32,000 bases of DNA from Geobacter sulfurreducens PCA (GCF_000007985.2 NC_002939.5:3030001-3062000), one strand, 5' to 3'. Counted from the first letter of the stretch, positions 1 to 11,272 are shown. The notes: generated from the sequence alone by a model not told the origin. Numbers and translations are program-made.

Positions 1-1134
1 CGCATCATTGTAGATCTTGCGCAGGATCGGCACGTCCAGCAGGATGAGGCCGGTGGGGTTGTTGATCTCGTGGGCCACGCCGGAAACCAGGATGCCCAGC
101 GCAGCCATCTTGTCGGCCTGCAGGAGCTGCTGCTGGTTAAGCTGGACCTCCTCCAGGGCCCGGGAAAGGGATTCGGTCCGCTGGGCCACCTGCCGCCGGA
201 GCGAATGGCTCCAGAGCACCGTGCCGCCGAGGATGACGAGCAGGGGAATCACCACCACCGCCGCATACTTGGCGATCTCCTGCCAGCGGACCGGCTGGGG
301 CTCCAGCACCCCCAGCCACTTGGCGCGGATCGCCTCGTACTGGCCGGTCTTCCTGAGGATGGCGAGCCCCTCGCTGAAGCGGGCCAGAAGCTCCGCATCC
401 CCCTGGCGGACTGCATACCCGTAACGCTGGGCCGCGATGCTCCGGGCCACGGGCACCAGGTTCGTGAGCCGGTTCTCCCGGATGATGTACATGCCGGGAA
501 CCATGGCCACCACCGCGTAGTCGCACCCCCCCGCGGCCAGGAGCCGGAGGGCGTCCGCCGGGGTCGGGGTCAGGACCAGGTCCTTGCCGTAGCCCCGCTC
601 CGCCAGGTACTCGTGCATGATCCCGTCCCGGTGGAGCGCCACCTTCCTGCCCCTCAGATCCTCAAGTCCCGCGGCAGGGGGCGAATCGCGCCGGGCAAAG
701 ATGGCATGGTAGACAATGGTGTGAGGCGGGGTGAAATCGATCTGCCTGGCCCGCTTCTCGGACCACGAGATCCCTTGGAGCACGTCGACCCGACCGCTCT
801 TGAGGGCGGAGAACATCTCCGACCAGGCGCCGAGGCGAAACTCCACCGTCATCCCCATCACCTCGGCGATGGCCCGGGTCAGTTCCACGTTGTAGCCGGC
901 GGGCTTGCCGTTCTGGTCGATGAACTCGTAGGGGGGGTAGTCGCGATCGCCGCCCACGACGATGGTGCGATGCCGGTCGCGGGGCGCGTCGGCGGCCGAC
1001 GCTGTTCCCACGGCCACAAGGACCAGCGCCGCGAGCACCGTCAACAGCACGGCCAGGTACCGGTAGCCGCGCCCCGGCAACGGGACGGGCGGAATCTTCC
1101 ACCGGCAGGACATGCATGCGAAGCGGCCGCCCAT
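1..1134 (-). CDS. Sensor histidine kinase, N-terminal part (periplasmic family-3 solute-binding domain, TM, HisKA H-box); 3' end runs off the window
   Basis: Absent from the ORF track because the frame stays open to position 1. Hand translation of the minus strand from ATG 1134 (SD AAGGAGG 7 nt upstream) gives MGGRFACMS..YLAVLLTVLAALVLVAVG (signal/TM). It continues with IVVGGDRDYPPYEFIDQNGKPAGYNVELTRAIAEVMG (SBP_bac_3-like), a second TM (AAVVVIPLLVILGGTVLW), and LVSGVAHEINNPTGLILLD (H-box). Confidence 0.8.
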   Translation of the reverse strand, partial: MGGRFACMSCRWKIPPVPLPGRGYRYLAVLLTVLAALVLVAVGTASAADAPRDRHRTIVVGGDRDYPPYEFIDQNGKPAGYNVELTRAIAEVMGMTVEFRLGAWSEMFSALKSGRVDVLQGISWSEKRARQIDFTPPHTIVYHAIFARRDSPPAAGLEDLRGRKVALHRDGIMHEYLAERGYGKDLVLTPTPADALRLLAAGGCDYAVVAMVPGMYIIRENRLTNLVPVARSIAAQRYGYAVRQGDAELLARFSEGLAILRKTGQYEAIRAKWLGVLEPQPVRWQEIAKYAAVVVIPLLVILGGTVLWSHSLRRQVAQRTESLSRALEEVQLNQQQLLQADKMAALGILVSGVAHEINNPTGLILLDVPILRKIYNDA

Positions 1135-1189
1135 GGCGGAGCCTCCTTTCCGGCTAATCGGTCGCGCGGGCACGGACCGATCCCGGCGC

Positions 1190-1218
1190 TTGTATCGGAC
1201 GGGTCACTATAGTATAAC
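1190..1218 (+). promoter_or_regulatory. Candidate sigma70-type promoter for the J-domain gene
   Basis: TTGTAT (1190-1195), 17-nt spacer, TATAAC (1213-1218), about 40 nt upstream of GTG 1257 in the divergent intergenic region. Motif match only. Confidence 0.25.
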
Positions 1219-1256
1219 ACCCAGACGAGCCGTCCATCAGCCCGGGGGCACTGCCC

Positions 1257-2024
1257 GTGAACACACCCTTATCAGAGACACATCTCCTGGATGCCTGTCG
1301 GCAGCTCTTCGGCCCCGATGTCGATCTGTCGCGCGAATTCCTCCACTACCTCCAGCCGAGCGGCGCCAAGGCCGCCTTCCGGCAACGGGCACGGGAAACC
1401 CACCCGGACCTCTTCGGCCACGAATCTCCCCATCTCCAGCAGCGCCAGGCCGAGCTGTTCCGCCAGGTGCGCGAGGCCTACGACCTCATGTGCGCCTTTT
1501 TCAGACACCGGGAGGAAGGACTCGCCCGGCACGAAAGCCCGTGCCAGTCCGCGGGCAGGAGGAGATCCGCCGGGCGGGAGCGACCCCGGGACGACGGCCC
1601 CCGGGACGGATTCTATCAGGGTCACCTGCCCCAGCGCCCCCTGAAACTGGGCCGATACCTCTATTACCGCGGCATGATCTCCTACCGGGACCTGATCCGG
1701 GCCCTGGCCTGGCAGCGGGCGGGACGCCCCCCCATCGGCGCCCTCGCGACCCACTGGGGCTGGCTCGACGACACCCAGGTCCGGACCATTCTCTCCGCCG
1801 GCCATCACCCCGGCCGTTTTGGCGAAAAGGCCATCCGGTTCGGCTTCCTCACCCCCCGCCAGGTGGAGCTCCTGCTCTTCCGCCAGCGTTCGCGGCAGAC
1901 GCGCCTCGGCCAGTATTTCGTAGCAGGCAACGTGGTGAGCATGACGGAAATGGAGCGACTCGCCCGGGAACTTCGCCAGCACAATGCACGCACCGGCGGC
2001 CCAAAGCGGGCCACGGGCCGCTGA
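1257..2024 (+). CDS. J-domain (DnaJ-like) protein with helical-repeat C-terminal region
   Basis: ORF of 255 aa with a GTG start. J-domain signature ..AKAAFRQRARETHPDLFG.. (HPD tripeptide) followed by ELFRQVREAYDLM. The C-terminal region was not assigned. Confidence 0.75.
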   Translation: MNTPLSETHLLDACRQLFGPDVDLSREFLHYLQPSGAKAAFRQRARETHPDLFGHESPHLQQRQAELFRQVREAYDLMCAFFRHREEGLARHESPCQSAGRRRSAGRERPRDDGPRDGFYQGHLPQRPLKLGRYLYYRGMISYRDLIRALAWQRAGRPPIGALATHWGWLDDTQVRTILSAGHHPGRFGEKAIRFGFLTPRQVELLLFRQRSRQTRLGQYFVAGNVVSMTEMERLARELRQHNARTGGPKRATGR

Positions 2025-2027
2025 CCG

Positions 2028-2597
2028 CTACTCCCCGTTCACCAGACGCTCGATCAGCTTGCCCATCTTCACGTCGGGGAGCACGTAATCCACCGCTCCG
2101 GTGGCGATGGCGGAGCGGGGCATCCCGTACACCGACGACGTTTCCCGGTCCTGGGCGATGGTGATCCCCCCGATCGACTTGATGTGACGGATTCCCTCGG
2201 CCCCGTCGTTCCCCATGCCGGTGAGCACGATCCCCACGAACACGTTGCTGCGGGACCGCTGCAGCGATTTCATGGTCACGTCGGCGGACGGCTGGACATA
2301 GTTCACCCGAGGGCCGCTGACCAGCATGATCCGGCGGTTTCCCTCCAGGGCCAGATGGCAACCGCCCGGGGCCAGGTAGACATGGCCCGTCCGGAGGTAT
2401 TCACCATCCTTGGCCAGGTTGACCGGCATAACGGACACCTTGGCCAGGCTCAGGGCCACCCGCTCATCCATGCCGGGCTGGATGTGCAGGACCACGATAA
2501 CGGCGGCTTCCAGCCGGGGCAGCGTGGAAAACAGCGTCTTGAGAGTGATGGGGCCGCCGGTGGAAACTCCTATGACGACGATATTGCCGTTAAACAT
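2028..2597 (-). CDS. cheB: CheB-type protein-glutamate methylesterase, catalytic domain only (no REC)
   Basis: MFNGNIVVIGVSTGGPITL (Ser motif), AAVIVVLHIQPG (His), LTGMGNDGAEG (Asp), IAQDRETSSVYGMPRSA. The start was moved to ATG 2597. The upstream 32 codons of the tracked ORF overlap the REC gene and look non-coding. Confidence 0.75.
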   Translation of the reverse strand: MFNGNIVVIGVSTGGPITLKTLFSTLPRLEAAVIVVLHIQPGMDERVALSLAKVSVMPVNLAKDGEYLRTGHVYLAPGGCHLALEGNRRIMLVSGPRVNYVQPSADVTMKSLQRSRSNVFVGIVLTGMGNDGAEGIRHIKSIGGITIAQDRETSSVYGMPRSAIATGAVDYVLPDVKMGKLIERLVNGE

Positions 2598-2985
2598 GGG
2601 GAGCGGCTTCCTCCGCCAGGAGCAGGCGGTAGTGCTGGACGGCCTCGTACAGCTGCCGGGGGTCGATGGGTTTGGCCAGGAAATCGCTGACATATTCCTG
2701 GAGCCCCTCCATCTGGCTGTCCGGCTCCCCGATGCCCGTCAGCATGATGATGATGTTCCCCTCGTAGAGTCCCCGCCGCACGATCTCGCGGATCGTGGCC
2801 CAGCCGTTCATACGCGGCATCATCACATCCATCAGGATGACCCCCCGGAATCCCGCCTCAAGCTGAGCGAGGCAATCTTCGCCGCCGGCAGCGGTCGTGA
2901 TGGCGCCCCCCTTCACCCGGAACATGTCTTCCACGGCTGCCCTGACCATTGCCTCGTCGTCCACCAGCATCACCCGAACATCCAT
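2590..2985 (-). CDS. Stand-alone response-regulator receiver (REC) domain protein
   Basis: MDVRVMLVDDEAMVR..VILMDVMMPRMNGW..IIMLTG..FLAKPIDPRQL, showing the acidic pocket, phospho-acceptor Asp and conserved Lys. Start chosen at ATG 2985. The stop TAA (2590-2592) overlaps the cheB ATG (ATGTTTAA, 8-nt overlap). Confidence 0.8.
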   Translation of the reverse strand: MDVRVMLVDDEAMVRAAVEDMFRVKGGAITTAAGGEDCLAQLEAGFRGVILMDVMMPRMNGWATIREIVRRGLYEGNIIIMLTGIGEPDSQMEGLQEYVSDFLAKPIDPRQLYEAVQHYRLLLAEEAAPHV

Positions 2986-3058
2986 CGCACACCTCCCTGA
3001 CCATGAAAAAACGGGGGACGGAACCGCCGGACGGCCCGGCCTCCCCATGACATTGCCG

Positions 3059-6000
3059 CTACGCTGACGGACCGGCGCGCCGCCGCTCCCGCAAAAACTC
3101 CCCGAGAATCCTCCCCGTGTGGGACACATCCCCCATCCGGGCCACCTCTTCCGGCGTCCCCCGGGCCACGATGCGCCCGCCGCCGTCACCCCCCTCGGGC
3201 CCCAGGTCCATGAGCCAGTCGGCCTCGGCGATCACGTCCAGGTTGTGCTCGATGACGATGACCGAGTTCCCCGCCTCCACCAGCCGGTGCAGGACTCGTA
3301 CCAGCTTCTCCACATCAGCCATGTGGAGGCCGATGGTGGGTTCGTCCAGGATGTAGAGGGAGTGGGAGGCGGTGCGAGGCACCCGGAGCGCATCCTTCAC
3401 CGGCTTTGCCTTGGCCAGCTCGGTAACGAGCTTGATCCGCTGGGCCTCGCCGCCGGAAAGGGTCGGGCTCTGCTGGCCCAGGGTCAGGTAGCCGAGCCCC
3501 ACGTCCTGCAGAAGCTGGAGCGGGTGAAGGATCGACCGGTGGGCCGCGAAGAACTCCACTGCCTCGTCCACGCTCATGGCCAGGAGGTCGCCGATGGATT
3601 TCCCCCGATGGCGGACCATAAGGGTTTCAGGGGTGAAGCGGAGGCCGCCGCACACCTCGCACGCCACCTTCACGTCGGGGAGGAAGCTCATCTCGATGGT
3701 CTTCACCCCCTGCCCCTCGCACTCGTCGCACCGCCCCCCCTTCACGTTGAAGGAGAAGCGGGAGGGGCCGTACCCCCGCAGCCGCGCCTCGGTAGTGCCG
3801 GCGTAGAGTTTCCGGATGGCGTCCCAGAATCCCACGTAGGTGGCGGGACAGGAACGGGGCGTCTTGCCGATGGGGGTCTGGTCCACCTCCAGCACGCGGG
3901 TGAGTTGGTCCCAGCCCCGGATCTCCCGGCACCCGGCCACGGCATGGGCCCCCCTGCCGTGGGCCAGAAGCCCCTGGAGCCCGGCGTGGAGAACGTTGCG
4001 CACCAAGGTGCTCTTGCCGCTCCCCGAGACGCCGGTCACGCAGACCAGACGCCGGAGCGGGAAGGACACGTCGATCTCCCGCAGGTTGTGGAGGGTGGCC
4101 CCCAACACCTGGATGGCCGGCGCATCCGGCGGCGGCGCAGGTCGCCGCTCCACCAGGGGATGGCGCAGGGGCTCGGCCAGGTAGCGCCCCGTGAGGGAGT
4201 CCAGGGCCGCCATGACCTGCTCCAGGGTTCCCTCGGCCACCACCAGGCCGCCGTTGACCCCGGCGCCGGGGCCCAGGTCGATGACGTGCTCGGCCCGGCG
4301 GATGGTCTCCTCGTCGTGCTCCACCACCACGATGGTGTTCCCCTTCCCCTCCAGTTTCCGCAGGGTGTCCAGCAGCATCCGGTTGTCCCGGGGGTGGAGG
4401 CCGATGGTGGGCTCGTCCAGGATGTAGCAGACCCCCCGCAGGTTCGAGCCCAGCTGGGCCGCCAGTCTGATCCGCTGGGCCTCGCCGCCGGAGAGGGTCG
4501 GGGCCGCCCGGTCGAGGGACAGGTACCCGAGCCCCACCTCGCCCAGGAAGGCGAGCCGCGTCGTGATCTCGGCCACGATATCGCGGGCGATGGCCGCCTC
4601 CCGCCCCTCAAGACCCAGTTCGGCGATAAAGGCGGCAGCCTGGATCACGGTGAGGGCCGTCAGCTCGGCAATATTCCGGTCCCGGAAACGGACCGCCAGG
4701 GCCTCGGGGTTGAGCCGGGCGCCGCGGCAGGCGGAGCAGGTCTGCTCCTCCCCCTCGAACCACTCGTTCCACCAGATCTCCTCGCCGGTCTGCTCCGCGT
4801 CGAAGCCGGGGATCTCCAGCCCCGTGCCGAAACAACGGGGGCACCAGCCGTGGCGGGAGTTGTAGGAAAAGAGCCGCGGGTCGGGCTCGGGGAAGCTCTG
4901 GCCGCAGGAGGTGCAGGCCCTGAGCGTCGAAAAGAGCAACTCCGCTTTCGATTGGCTGCCGGCGTCGGCGTGCGTCACCGCCACCCGCACCACCCCCTTG
5001 CCGAAGACCAGGGCCCGGTCGAGAAGCTGCCGCAGTTCCCCCTCCCCTTTGGCCGACACGGCAATCTCCCCCACCGGCAGGTCGATGTCGTGCTCCCGGA
5101 AGCGGTCGAGGCGTGGCCAGGGCTCCACCGGGGTCATGACGCCATCCACCCGCAGGTGCGTGAAGCCCTTGCCCGCGGCCCACGCGGCCAGGTCGGTGTA
5201 GTACCCTTTCCGGGCCGTGATCAGCGGTGCCAGGAGCGCCACCCGCTTCCCCCGGAGCTCCCGCAGAAGCCGGGCTGCGATGGCGTCCGGGGTCTGGGGG
5301 GTGATGGGGATGCCGCAGTCGGGGCAGTGCTGGACCCCGAGCTTCACAAAGAGGAGGCGGAGGAAGTGGTAGATCTCCGTCATGGTCGCCACGGTGCTCT
5401 TGCGCCCGCCCCGGCTCGTCCGCTGCTCGATGGCCACCGTGGGCGGGATGCCGAGGACCGCGTCCACGTCGGGACGGGCAGCGGGCTGGACGAACTGGCG
5501 GGCGTAGGCGTTGAGGGATTCCAGGTAGCGCCGCTGCCCCTCGGCAAAGAGGATGTCGAAGGCCACGGTGGACTTGCCGCTCCCCGAGATGCCGGTGATG
5601 ACCGTGAAGCGGTCACGGGGCACGGCGATGGTGACATTCTTCAGGTTGTGCTCCCGGGCATGGACGATGCGGATGGACCGGTCCGGCACCACGGCGGGGA
5701 GCGCCTCCGCCGCCGGCTGAGTCGATGCCCGCACCAGGGCGGCCAGTTCCTCCCCGTACTCCTGCAGGGCTCGGCCGGTATGGCTTTCCGGGCACGTCAT
5801 CACCTGGTCCGGTGTCCCGACGCAGACCACCCGTCCCCCGGCGTCGCCCCCCTCGGGCCCCAGGTCGATCAGCCAGTCCGCGGCGCTGATCACGTCCAGG
5901 TTGTGCTCGATCACCACCAGGGAGTCCCCGGCCTCCAGCAGCCGGCGAAAGGCGGCCAGGAGCCGGGCGATGTCCTCGAAGTGGAGGCCGGTGGTGGGCT

Positions 6001-8626
6001 CGTCGAACAGGAAAAGGTTCCCCGCCCCCGTGCGTCTCCGCCCCCCCACTTCGGCCAGGTGGCCGGCAAGTTTCAGGCGCTGGGCCTCACCGCCGGAAAG
6101 GGTCGGCACCGGCTGGCCCAGGCGGAGGTAGCCGAGCCCCACGGCCTCCAGCGGTTCCAGGCGCCGGAGCACCTCCCGCTGATCAGCGAAAAAAGCCACC
6201 GCCTCGGTCACGGTCATCTCCAGCACGTCGGCGATGGACAGGGGGCGCCCGCCCCCTCCCGGCACGAGCCGCACCTCCAGCACCTCGGGGCGGTAGCGGC
6301 TGCCGTCGCAGTCGGGGCAACGGAGGTAGACGTCGGAGAGGAACTGCATCTCCACATGCTCGAAGCCGTTGCCGCCGCAGGAAGGGCAGCGGCCGGTGCC
6401 GGCGTTGAAGCTGAACGTGCCGGTGGTATAGCCCCGCTCCTTGGCCAGGGGCTCGGCCGCGAAGAGCTTGCGGATGGCGTCGAAGGCCCCCACGTAGCTG
6501 GCGGGGTTGGAGCGGGTGGTCTTGCCGATGGGGGACTGGTCCACCATAACGACATCGCCGATCAGCTCCGCACCACGGATGGCAGCGTGCGCCCCCGGCG
6601 GCTCCGTCGGCCTCCCCTTGAGCTTCAGGAGCCCCCGGTGCAGCACCTCCTGGACCAGGGTCGACTTGCCCGAGCCGGAGACGCCGGTGATGCAGACCAG
6701 GCGGTTCAGGGGAATGCGGACGTCGACCCCCGTGAGGTTGTGGGCGGCGGCGCCGAGGATTTCCAGGGAATGATGCCCCTCCCTAACCGGCCGGAGCCCG
6801 TCGCCGGTGGCCACCTGTTTCCGCCCCGCCAGATACTCGCCGGTCAGGGAGCGCTGCTCGTTCAGAATTGCCGCGGGCAGGCCGAAGAAGACCACCTCGC
6901 CGCCCCGCTCGCCCGGACCGGGGCCAAGGTCGAGCAACCGGTCGGCGGCGAGCATCACCTGGGGGTCGTGCTCCACCACCAGCAGGGTGTTGCCCGCGTC
7001 CCGCAACTGCCGCAGCACGCCGATCACCCGCCCCATGTCCCGGGGATGGAGGCCGATGGAGGGCTCGTCCAGGACGAACAGGGTGTTCACCAGGGAGGTA
7101 CCCAGGGCCGTGGTCAGGTTGATCCGCTGCACCTCGCCCCCGGAGAGAGTGCGCGACTGGCGGTCCAGGGTGAGGTAGCCGAGCCCCACCTCCCCCAGGT
7201 AGCCCAGGCGGACGCGGATCTCCCGCAGCAGCAGGTCCGCCGCCTCGTCCAGGGGGGCCGGCAGCGCCAAGCCGCCGAAAAACGACGAGCAGCGCTCCAG
7301 GGGCAGGAGCATGACATCGTGGATGGTGAGGCCGGGGAGGTGGCGTAGAACCTCATCGGGCAACTCCATCCCCTGGGGGCGGAACCGCTCTTCCGGCGGC
7401 AGGACCCGGTCGGCCTCCTCCGTTGTCCCGAGCCGCCACAGGAGCGCATCGGGGGAGAGCCGCGCCCCCCCGCAGGCGGGACAGAGGGTGTAGGCCCGGT
7501 ACTTGGAGAGGAGGACCCGGATGTGCATCTTGTAGCTCTTGGTTTCGAGCCAGTCGAAAAAGCGCCGCACCCCGTACCAGAGCCCGTCCTCCCAGGAACC
7601 CTCCCCCTCGAGCACCCACCGGCGCTGCTCCGGCGCCAGCTCCCGCCAGGGCACGTTGACAGGGATGCCACGCTTGGTGGCGAAGGAGATCATGTCGTCC
7701 CGGCATTCCCGGTAGCTCTCGGTCTGCCACGGCTTCACCGCCCCGTCCGCCAGGGACCTGGATTCGTCCGGGATCACCAACCCAAGGTCTATGCCGATCA
7801 CCCGGCCGAACCCCCGGCAGGTGGCGCAGGCCCCCACCGGCGAGTTGAAGGAGAAGAGGTGGGGCGCCGGGTCCTGGTAGGAGATGTCGCAGTCCGGGCA
7901 GTGGAGGTCGCTGGAAAAGCGCCACGGTTCCGACGCGGAACCTTCGCCGGCGGGACGGACGAACACCCGCCCGTGCCCGACGCGCAGCGCCGCCTCCATC
8001 CCCTCCACCAGGCGGGAACGGTTCGCCGGTGCCAGGCGGGTGCGGTCCTGGATCACCTCCAGGATGCCTTCCTCCTCCCGGTAGATGCGGGTGTATCCCT
8101 GGCCGGCCAGGAACCCTTTCACCTCGTCGGTGGAAAAATTGGCCGGCACCGGCACCGGGAAGGTAACCAGCACGGCGGCCCCGGCGCCGGCATCCCGCGC
8201 CAGCAGCTCATCCGCGATGCTCTCGGGCGTATCGCGCCGTACCGGCCGGCCGCAGCCGCGGCAGAAGAGCCGCGCGGCCCGGGCGAACAGGAGCTTCAGG
8301 TGGTCGTTCAGTTCCGTCATGGTACCCACGGTGGAGCGGGAGGTGCGGACCGGGTTGGTCTGGTCGATGGCGATGGCCGGGGGGATGCCGTCGATCCGGT
8401 CCACGGCCGGGCGATCCATCCGCTCCAGGAACTGACGGGCATAGGGGGAAAAGGTCTCCACGTAGCGCCGCTGCCCCTCGGCGTAGACCGTATCGAAGGC
8501 GAGCGACGACTTCCCCGAACCGGAAACGCCGGTGACGACAATCAACTCGCCCAGGGGAAGGTCGAGATCGAGATTCTTCAGGTTGTTCTGGCGGGCATTG
8601 CGGATGGAGATCGATTCGTGGGCCAT
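3059..8626 (-). CDS. Tandem-duplicated UvrA-like ABC ATPase (two UvrA units fused, 1855 aa)
   Basis: Four Walker A motifs ([56 protein letters not shown]). Four ABC signatures ([44 protein letters not shown]). Two copies of the UvrA N-terminal block (NLKN..AEGQRRY..ARQF..IDQ/IEQ..MTE..LRLLF) and several CxxC zinc modules. The second unit begins near nt 5680 (about aa 982). Confidence 0.9.
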   Translation of the reverse strand: MAHESISIRNARQNNLKNLDLDLPLGELIVVTGVSGSGKSSLAFDTVYAEGQRRYVETFSPYARQFLERMDRPAVDRIDGIPPAIAIDQTNPVRTSRSTVGTMTELNDHLKLLFARAARLFCRGCGRPVRRDTPESIADELLARDAGAGAAVLVTFPVPVPANFSTDEVKGFLAGQGYTRIYREEEGILEVIQDRTRLAPANRSRLVEGMEAALRVGHGRVFVRPAGEGSASEPWRFSSDLHCPDCDISYQDPAPHLFSFNSPVGACATCRGFGRVIGIDLGLVIPDESRSLADGAVKPWQTESYRECRDDMISFATKRGIPVNVPWRELAPEQRRWVLEGEGSWEDGLWYGVRRFFDWLETKSYKMHIRVLLSKYRAYTLCPACGGARLSPDALLWRLGTTEEADRVLPPEERFRPQGMELPDEVLRHLPGLTIHDVMLLPLERCSSFFGGLALPAPLDEAADLLLREIRVRLGYLGEVGLGYLTLDRQSRTLSGGEVQRINLTTALGTSLVNTLFVLDEPSIGLHPRDMGRVIGVLRQLRDAGNTLLVVEHDPQVMLAADRLLDLGPGPGERGGEVVFFGLPAAILNEQRSLTGEYLAGRKQVATGDGLRPVREGHHSLEILGAAAHNLTGVDVRIPLNRLVCITGVSGSGKSTLVQEVLHRGLLKLKGRPTEPPGAHAAIRGAELIGDVVMVDQSPIGKTTRSNPASYVGAFDAIRKLFAAEPLAKERGYTTGTFSFNAGTGRCPSCGGNGFEHVEMQFLSDVYLRCPDCDGSRYRPEVLEVRLVPGGGGRPLSIADVLEMTVTEAVAFFADQREVLRRLEPLEAVGLGYLRLGQPVPTLSGGEAQRLKLAGHLAEVGGRRRTGAGNLFLFDEPTTGLHFEDIARLLAAFRRLLEAGDSLVVIEHNLDVISAADWLIDLGPEGGDAGGRVVCVGTPDQVMTCPESHTGRALQEYGEELAALVRASTQPAAEALPAVVPDRSIRIVHAREHNLKNVTIAVPRDRFTVITGISGSGKSTVAFDILFAEGQRRYLESLNAYARQFVQPAARPDVDAVLGIPPTVAIEQRTSRGGRKSTVATMTEIYHFLRLLFVKLGVQHCPDCGIPITPQTPDAIAARLLRELRGKRVALLAPLITARKGYYTDLAAWAAGKGFTHLRVDGVMTPVEPWPRLDRFREHDIDLPVGEIAVSAKGEGELRQLLDRALVFGKGVVRVAVTHADAGSQSKAELLFSTLRACTSCGQSFPEPDPRLFSYNSRHGWCPRCFGTGLEIPGFDAEQTGEEIWWNEWFEGEEQTCSACRGARLNPEALAVRFRDRNIAELTALTVIQAAAFIAELGLEGREAAIARDIVAEITTRLAFLGEVGLGYLSLDRAAPTLSGGEAQRIRLAAQLGSNLRGVCYILDEPTIGLHPRDNRMLLDTLRKLEGKGNTIVVVEHDEETIRRAEHVIDLGPGAGVNGGLVVAEGTLEQVMAALDSLTGRYLAEPLRHPLVERRPAPPPDAPAIQVLGATLHNLREIDVSFPLRRLVCVTGVSGSGKSTLVRNVLHAGLQGLLAHGRGAHAVAGCREIRGWDQLTRVLEVDQTPIGKTPRSCPATYVGFWDAIRKLYAGTTEARLRGYGPSRFSFNVKGGRCDECEGQGVKTIEMSFLPDVKVACEVCGGLRFTPETLMVRHRGKSIGDLLAMSVDEAVEFFAAHRSILHPLQLLQDVGLGYLTLGQQSPTLSGGEAQRIKLVTELAKAKPVKDALRVPRTASHSLYILDEPTIGLHMADVEKLVRVLHRLVEAGNSVIVIEHNLDVIAEADWLMDLGPEGGDGGGRIVARGTPEEVARMGDVSHTGRILGEFLRERRRAGPSA

Positions 8627-8701
8627 GGGGAGAGAGTATAACAGGCAAACGGGCGCAACGCGATGGAAACGATGGGGACACCGAGTACCGACGCGACGGT
8701 G

Positions 8702-10585
8702 TCAGGGCTGCGTCTCTCCCTCTGCCGCCGTGACCGGCGTGCTCGTATCCCAGGCGTGATCATGATGCGTATGGTTGGCGGTGCGGTCGCCGGCCAGCAA
8801 CTGCTCCTGCAGCCGGATCTGTTCCCGGGCGGTGGAGATATAGCTGGACTCGTCGTGGCGGTGGGGCGCCAGGTGGTGCATGGCGGACTCGTCGTACCTG
8901 ATGAAGTCCTGGCCGGCGCGGGTGGCGCCGTACCGCCGGTATCCCAGGCTCGCCAGCACGTCCACCCCGGCCCGCACCGAGGTGTCGAGAAAATCGCGGT
9001 AGATGTCCCGCACTCCCAGGTCCAGGAGTTCGTGGGCGTCCAGGTTGGTGCCGGCCCGGGCCATGACCTTCAGGTGGGGAAAATGCTTCCGCGCCGTGGC
9101 AACCAGCTTGTTGACCGTGGCGGGGCTGTCGATGGCGATGAACAGAACGCGGGCGCTGTCGGCCCCGGCCGAACGGAGGATATCCAGCCGGGTCGCGTCC
9201 CCGTAGAAGACCTTGAACCCCATGCGCCGCAGCAGGTCCACCTGGTCGGAATCGTTGTCGAGAATGGTCGCTTCCACGCCGTTGGCGCGGAGGAAGCGCC
9301 CCAGGGTGCTGCCGAAGGAGCTGAACCCGGCAATGATGACCGGGTGCTCCGTATCGATCAGGTCGGCCTCCTGCTCCTCCCGCTCCCGGGTGCCGAACCG
9401 GGGCAGCACCAGCCGTTCGTTCGCCAGCAGGAGCAGGGGGGTCATGGTCATGCTGATGGCCGTCACCGCCATCAGGGTATCGGTCCAGTCGCGCCCGATG
9501 ATCCCCAGCCGGTCGATGAAAGCGAACAGGACAAAGGCGAACTCCCCCACCTGGGACAGGCCGATGGCGAAGATGCTGTTCTGGTCGAAGGAAAGGCGGA
9601 ACAGCCGCCCCGCGACGACCAGCACCACTGCCTTGACCAGGATGACGGCCAGCACCAGCGAAATGATGGTGGCCGGCTTGTCCGTCAGCAGCCTGAAGTT
9701 GATGGAGGCCCCTACCGCAATGAAAAAGAGGCCCAACAGCAGCCCCTTGAAGGGCTCGATGTCGCTCTCCAGTTCGTGGCGAAATTCGCTGTTGGCCAGG
9801 AGCACGCCGGCGAGGAAGGCGCCCAGGGCCGGACTCAGCCCCACCAGTTCCATCAGGTATGCTATGGCAACGATGATCAGCAGCGCCGCGGCGACCGAGA
9901 GCTCGCGGACGCTGGCCTTGGTGACGATGCGGAGAAAGGGGACCACGATGGAACGCCCCATGACCACCACCGCCACCACGGCGAAGAGGACCGAGCCGGC
10001 CTTCATCCAGACCGGCAGCCCGTCCAGCAGGGAGGGCGCATCCCCGTGGACGGCCCCCCCGCCGGCCTGGATGGCCAGGAACGGGAGCAGGGCCAGGATC
10101 GGGATCACGGCGATGTCCTGGAACAGGAGCACCGCAAAGGAGCTCAGCCCGGCGTGAGAGTTGCCCAGCCCCTTTTCCTTGAGGGATTGGAGCACGATGG
10201 CCGTGGACGACATGGCAAGGGCCAGGCCCGCGGCAAGGGCTCCCCGCCAGTCGAGGCCCAGCAGCAGGAGGCCCGCGGTCAGGGCACAGGTGGTCAGGGC
10301 CAGCTGCAGCGACCCCAGCCCCAGGATGGTGGTGCGCATCCGCCAGAAATGGGCCGGCTCCAGCTCCAGGCCGATCAGGAAGAGCATCATGACCACGCCG
10401 AACTCGGCGAAGTGCATGATGTCCTCCCCCTCACGCCCCACAAACCCGAGACAGAAGGGGCCGATCAGTATCCCGGCCAGCAGGTAGCCCAGGACGGACC
10501 CCATGCCCAGGCGCCGGGCAATGGGCACGCAGAACAGAGCCGCGGCAAGGTAGACCACGGCCTGACCGAGCATGGTGTCGGTCAT
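8702..10585 (-). CDS. kefC: Glutathione-gated K+ efflux antiporter, KefC/KefB type (CPA2 membrane domain plus RCK/TrkA-N)
   Basis: 627 aa with a multi-TM N-terminal half ([13 protein letters not shown]..). RCK nucleotide fold: [36 protein letters not shown]. The ATG overlaps the stop of the upstream ancillary gene (ATGA). KefB versus KefC cannot be discriminated by eye. Confidence 0.85.
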   Translation of the reverse strand: MTDTMLGQAVVYLAAALFCVPIARRLGMGSVLGYLLAGILIGPFCLGFVGREGEDIMHFAEFGVVMMLFLIGLELEPAHFWRMRTTILGLGSLQLALTTCALTAGLLLLGLDWRGALAAGLALAMSSTAIVLQSLKEKGLGNSHAGLSSFAVLLFQDIAVIPILALLPFLAIQAGGGAVHGDAPSLLDGLPVWMKAGSVLFAVVAVVVMGRSIVVPFLRIVTKASVRELSVAAALLIIVAIAYLMELVGLSPALGAFLAGVLLANSEFRHELESDIEPFKGLLLGLFFIAVGASINFRLLTDKPATIISLVLAVILVKAVVLVVAGRLFRLSFDQNSIFAIGLSQVGEFAFVLFAFIDRLGIIGRDWTDTLMAVTAISMTMTPLLLLANERLVLPRFGTREREEQEADLIDTEHPVIIAGFSSFGSTLGRFLRANGVEATILDNDSDQVDLLRRMGFKVFYGDATRLDILRSAGADSARVLFIAIDSPATVNKLVATARKHFPHLKVMARAGTNLDAHELLDLGVRDIYRDFLDTSVRAGVDVLASLGYRRYGATRAGQDFIRYDESAMHHLAPHRHDESSYISTAREQIRLQEQLLAGDRTANHTHHDHAWDTSTPVTAAEGETQP

Positions 10586-11190
10586 GGCGCCTCCTTCCGG
10601 TTCAGGGCCGAAATCCAGTCATTCAGGAACTCGTACCCCCGGATCTGCTCCAGGGGCGGGGATTGGGCCAGCTTCAGCAGGATCTGTCGGTACTGGTCGG
10701 CACAGTCCGCCAGCATGCCGTCGGTGAGGCGGTAGGTCCCCTGGACCACGAATGGGGGGAGCCAGTCCATCCGGCAGAGATGGGTCGCCTGCTCCAGCGG
10801 ATAGAGCAGCTCGGGAATGGTGTACCGGTTGAACCCGCCCCGGGCGTAACTGGCCCGGGTGCCGCCGGTGGTGATCGTGGCGAAAATCGGCTTGCGCTCC
10901 AGGTTGTAGCTCCCCTGGCCATGGGCCCAGCCATGCTCCAGGACCAGGTCCATCCACTGCTTGATGATGGCCGGGGGGCCGTAGAGATACAAGGGGTAGT
11001 GCCAGACGATGACCTGATGAGCCAGCAGAAGTTCCCGCTCCCGGGCCACGTCGATATTGAAATCGGGATACTGTTCGTAGAGGTCGTGGATGGTTACCCA
11101 CTCCAGGCCACGGAGGCCTGCCAGCAGCGACCTGTTGGTCCGCGAGTTTTCGAAGCGCGGATGCGCGAAGAGGATGAGTATGTTGTTCAT
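10582..11190 (-). CDS. kefF: Kef ancillary flavodoxin-like NAD(P)H quinone oxidoreductase (KefF/KefG type)
   Basis: MNNILILFAHPRFENS..LYEQYPDFNIDVARE..VIVWHYPLYLYGPPAIIKQWMDLVLEHGWAHG..TTGG..MDWLPPF closely follows the E. coli KefF/KefG pattern as I recall it. Start moved to ATG 11190. The 122 upstream codons of the tracked ORF lie in the structured intergenic region. Confidence 0.8.
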   Translation of the reverse strand: MNNILILFAHPRFENSRTNRSLLAGLRGLEWVTIHDLYEQYPDFNIDVARERELLLAHQVIVWHYPLYLYGPPAIIKQWMDLVLEHGWAHGQGSYNLERKPIFATITTGGTRASYARGGFNRYTIPELLYPLEQATHLCRMDWLPPFVVQGTYRLTDGMLADCADQYRQILLKLAQSPPLEQIRGYEFLNDWISALNRKEAP

Positions 11191-11272
11191 GCTGGAAGGT
11201 ATAGGGAAATGCCTATCCCATGTCAAGAAATGGCGTCGATCCGGCGCGGTTCTTTTCTTGCCCCTGAGTCGA

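Noticed and set aside
70-2164. + strand ORFs 70-1212 and 1112-2164, and minus ORFs 137-526, 662-1117, 1272-1982 and 1849-2361
   Set aside because: They overlap the real histidine-kinase gene (minus strand, open to the window edge), the J-domain gene or cheB in other frames. Their composition is low-complexity.
3119-7348. 1409-aa + strand ORF (and the other + strand ORFs between 3117 and 8641) opposite the UvrA-like gene
   Set aside because: These are mirror-frame ORFs typical of high-GC DNA. The translations are Gly/Pro/Arg/His/Ala-rich low-complexity strings with no motif. The minus-strand product is an unmistakable UvrA.
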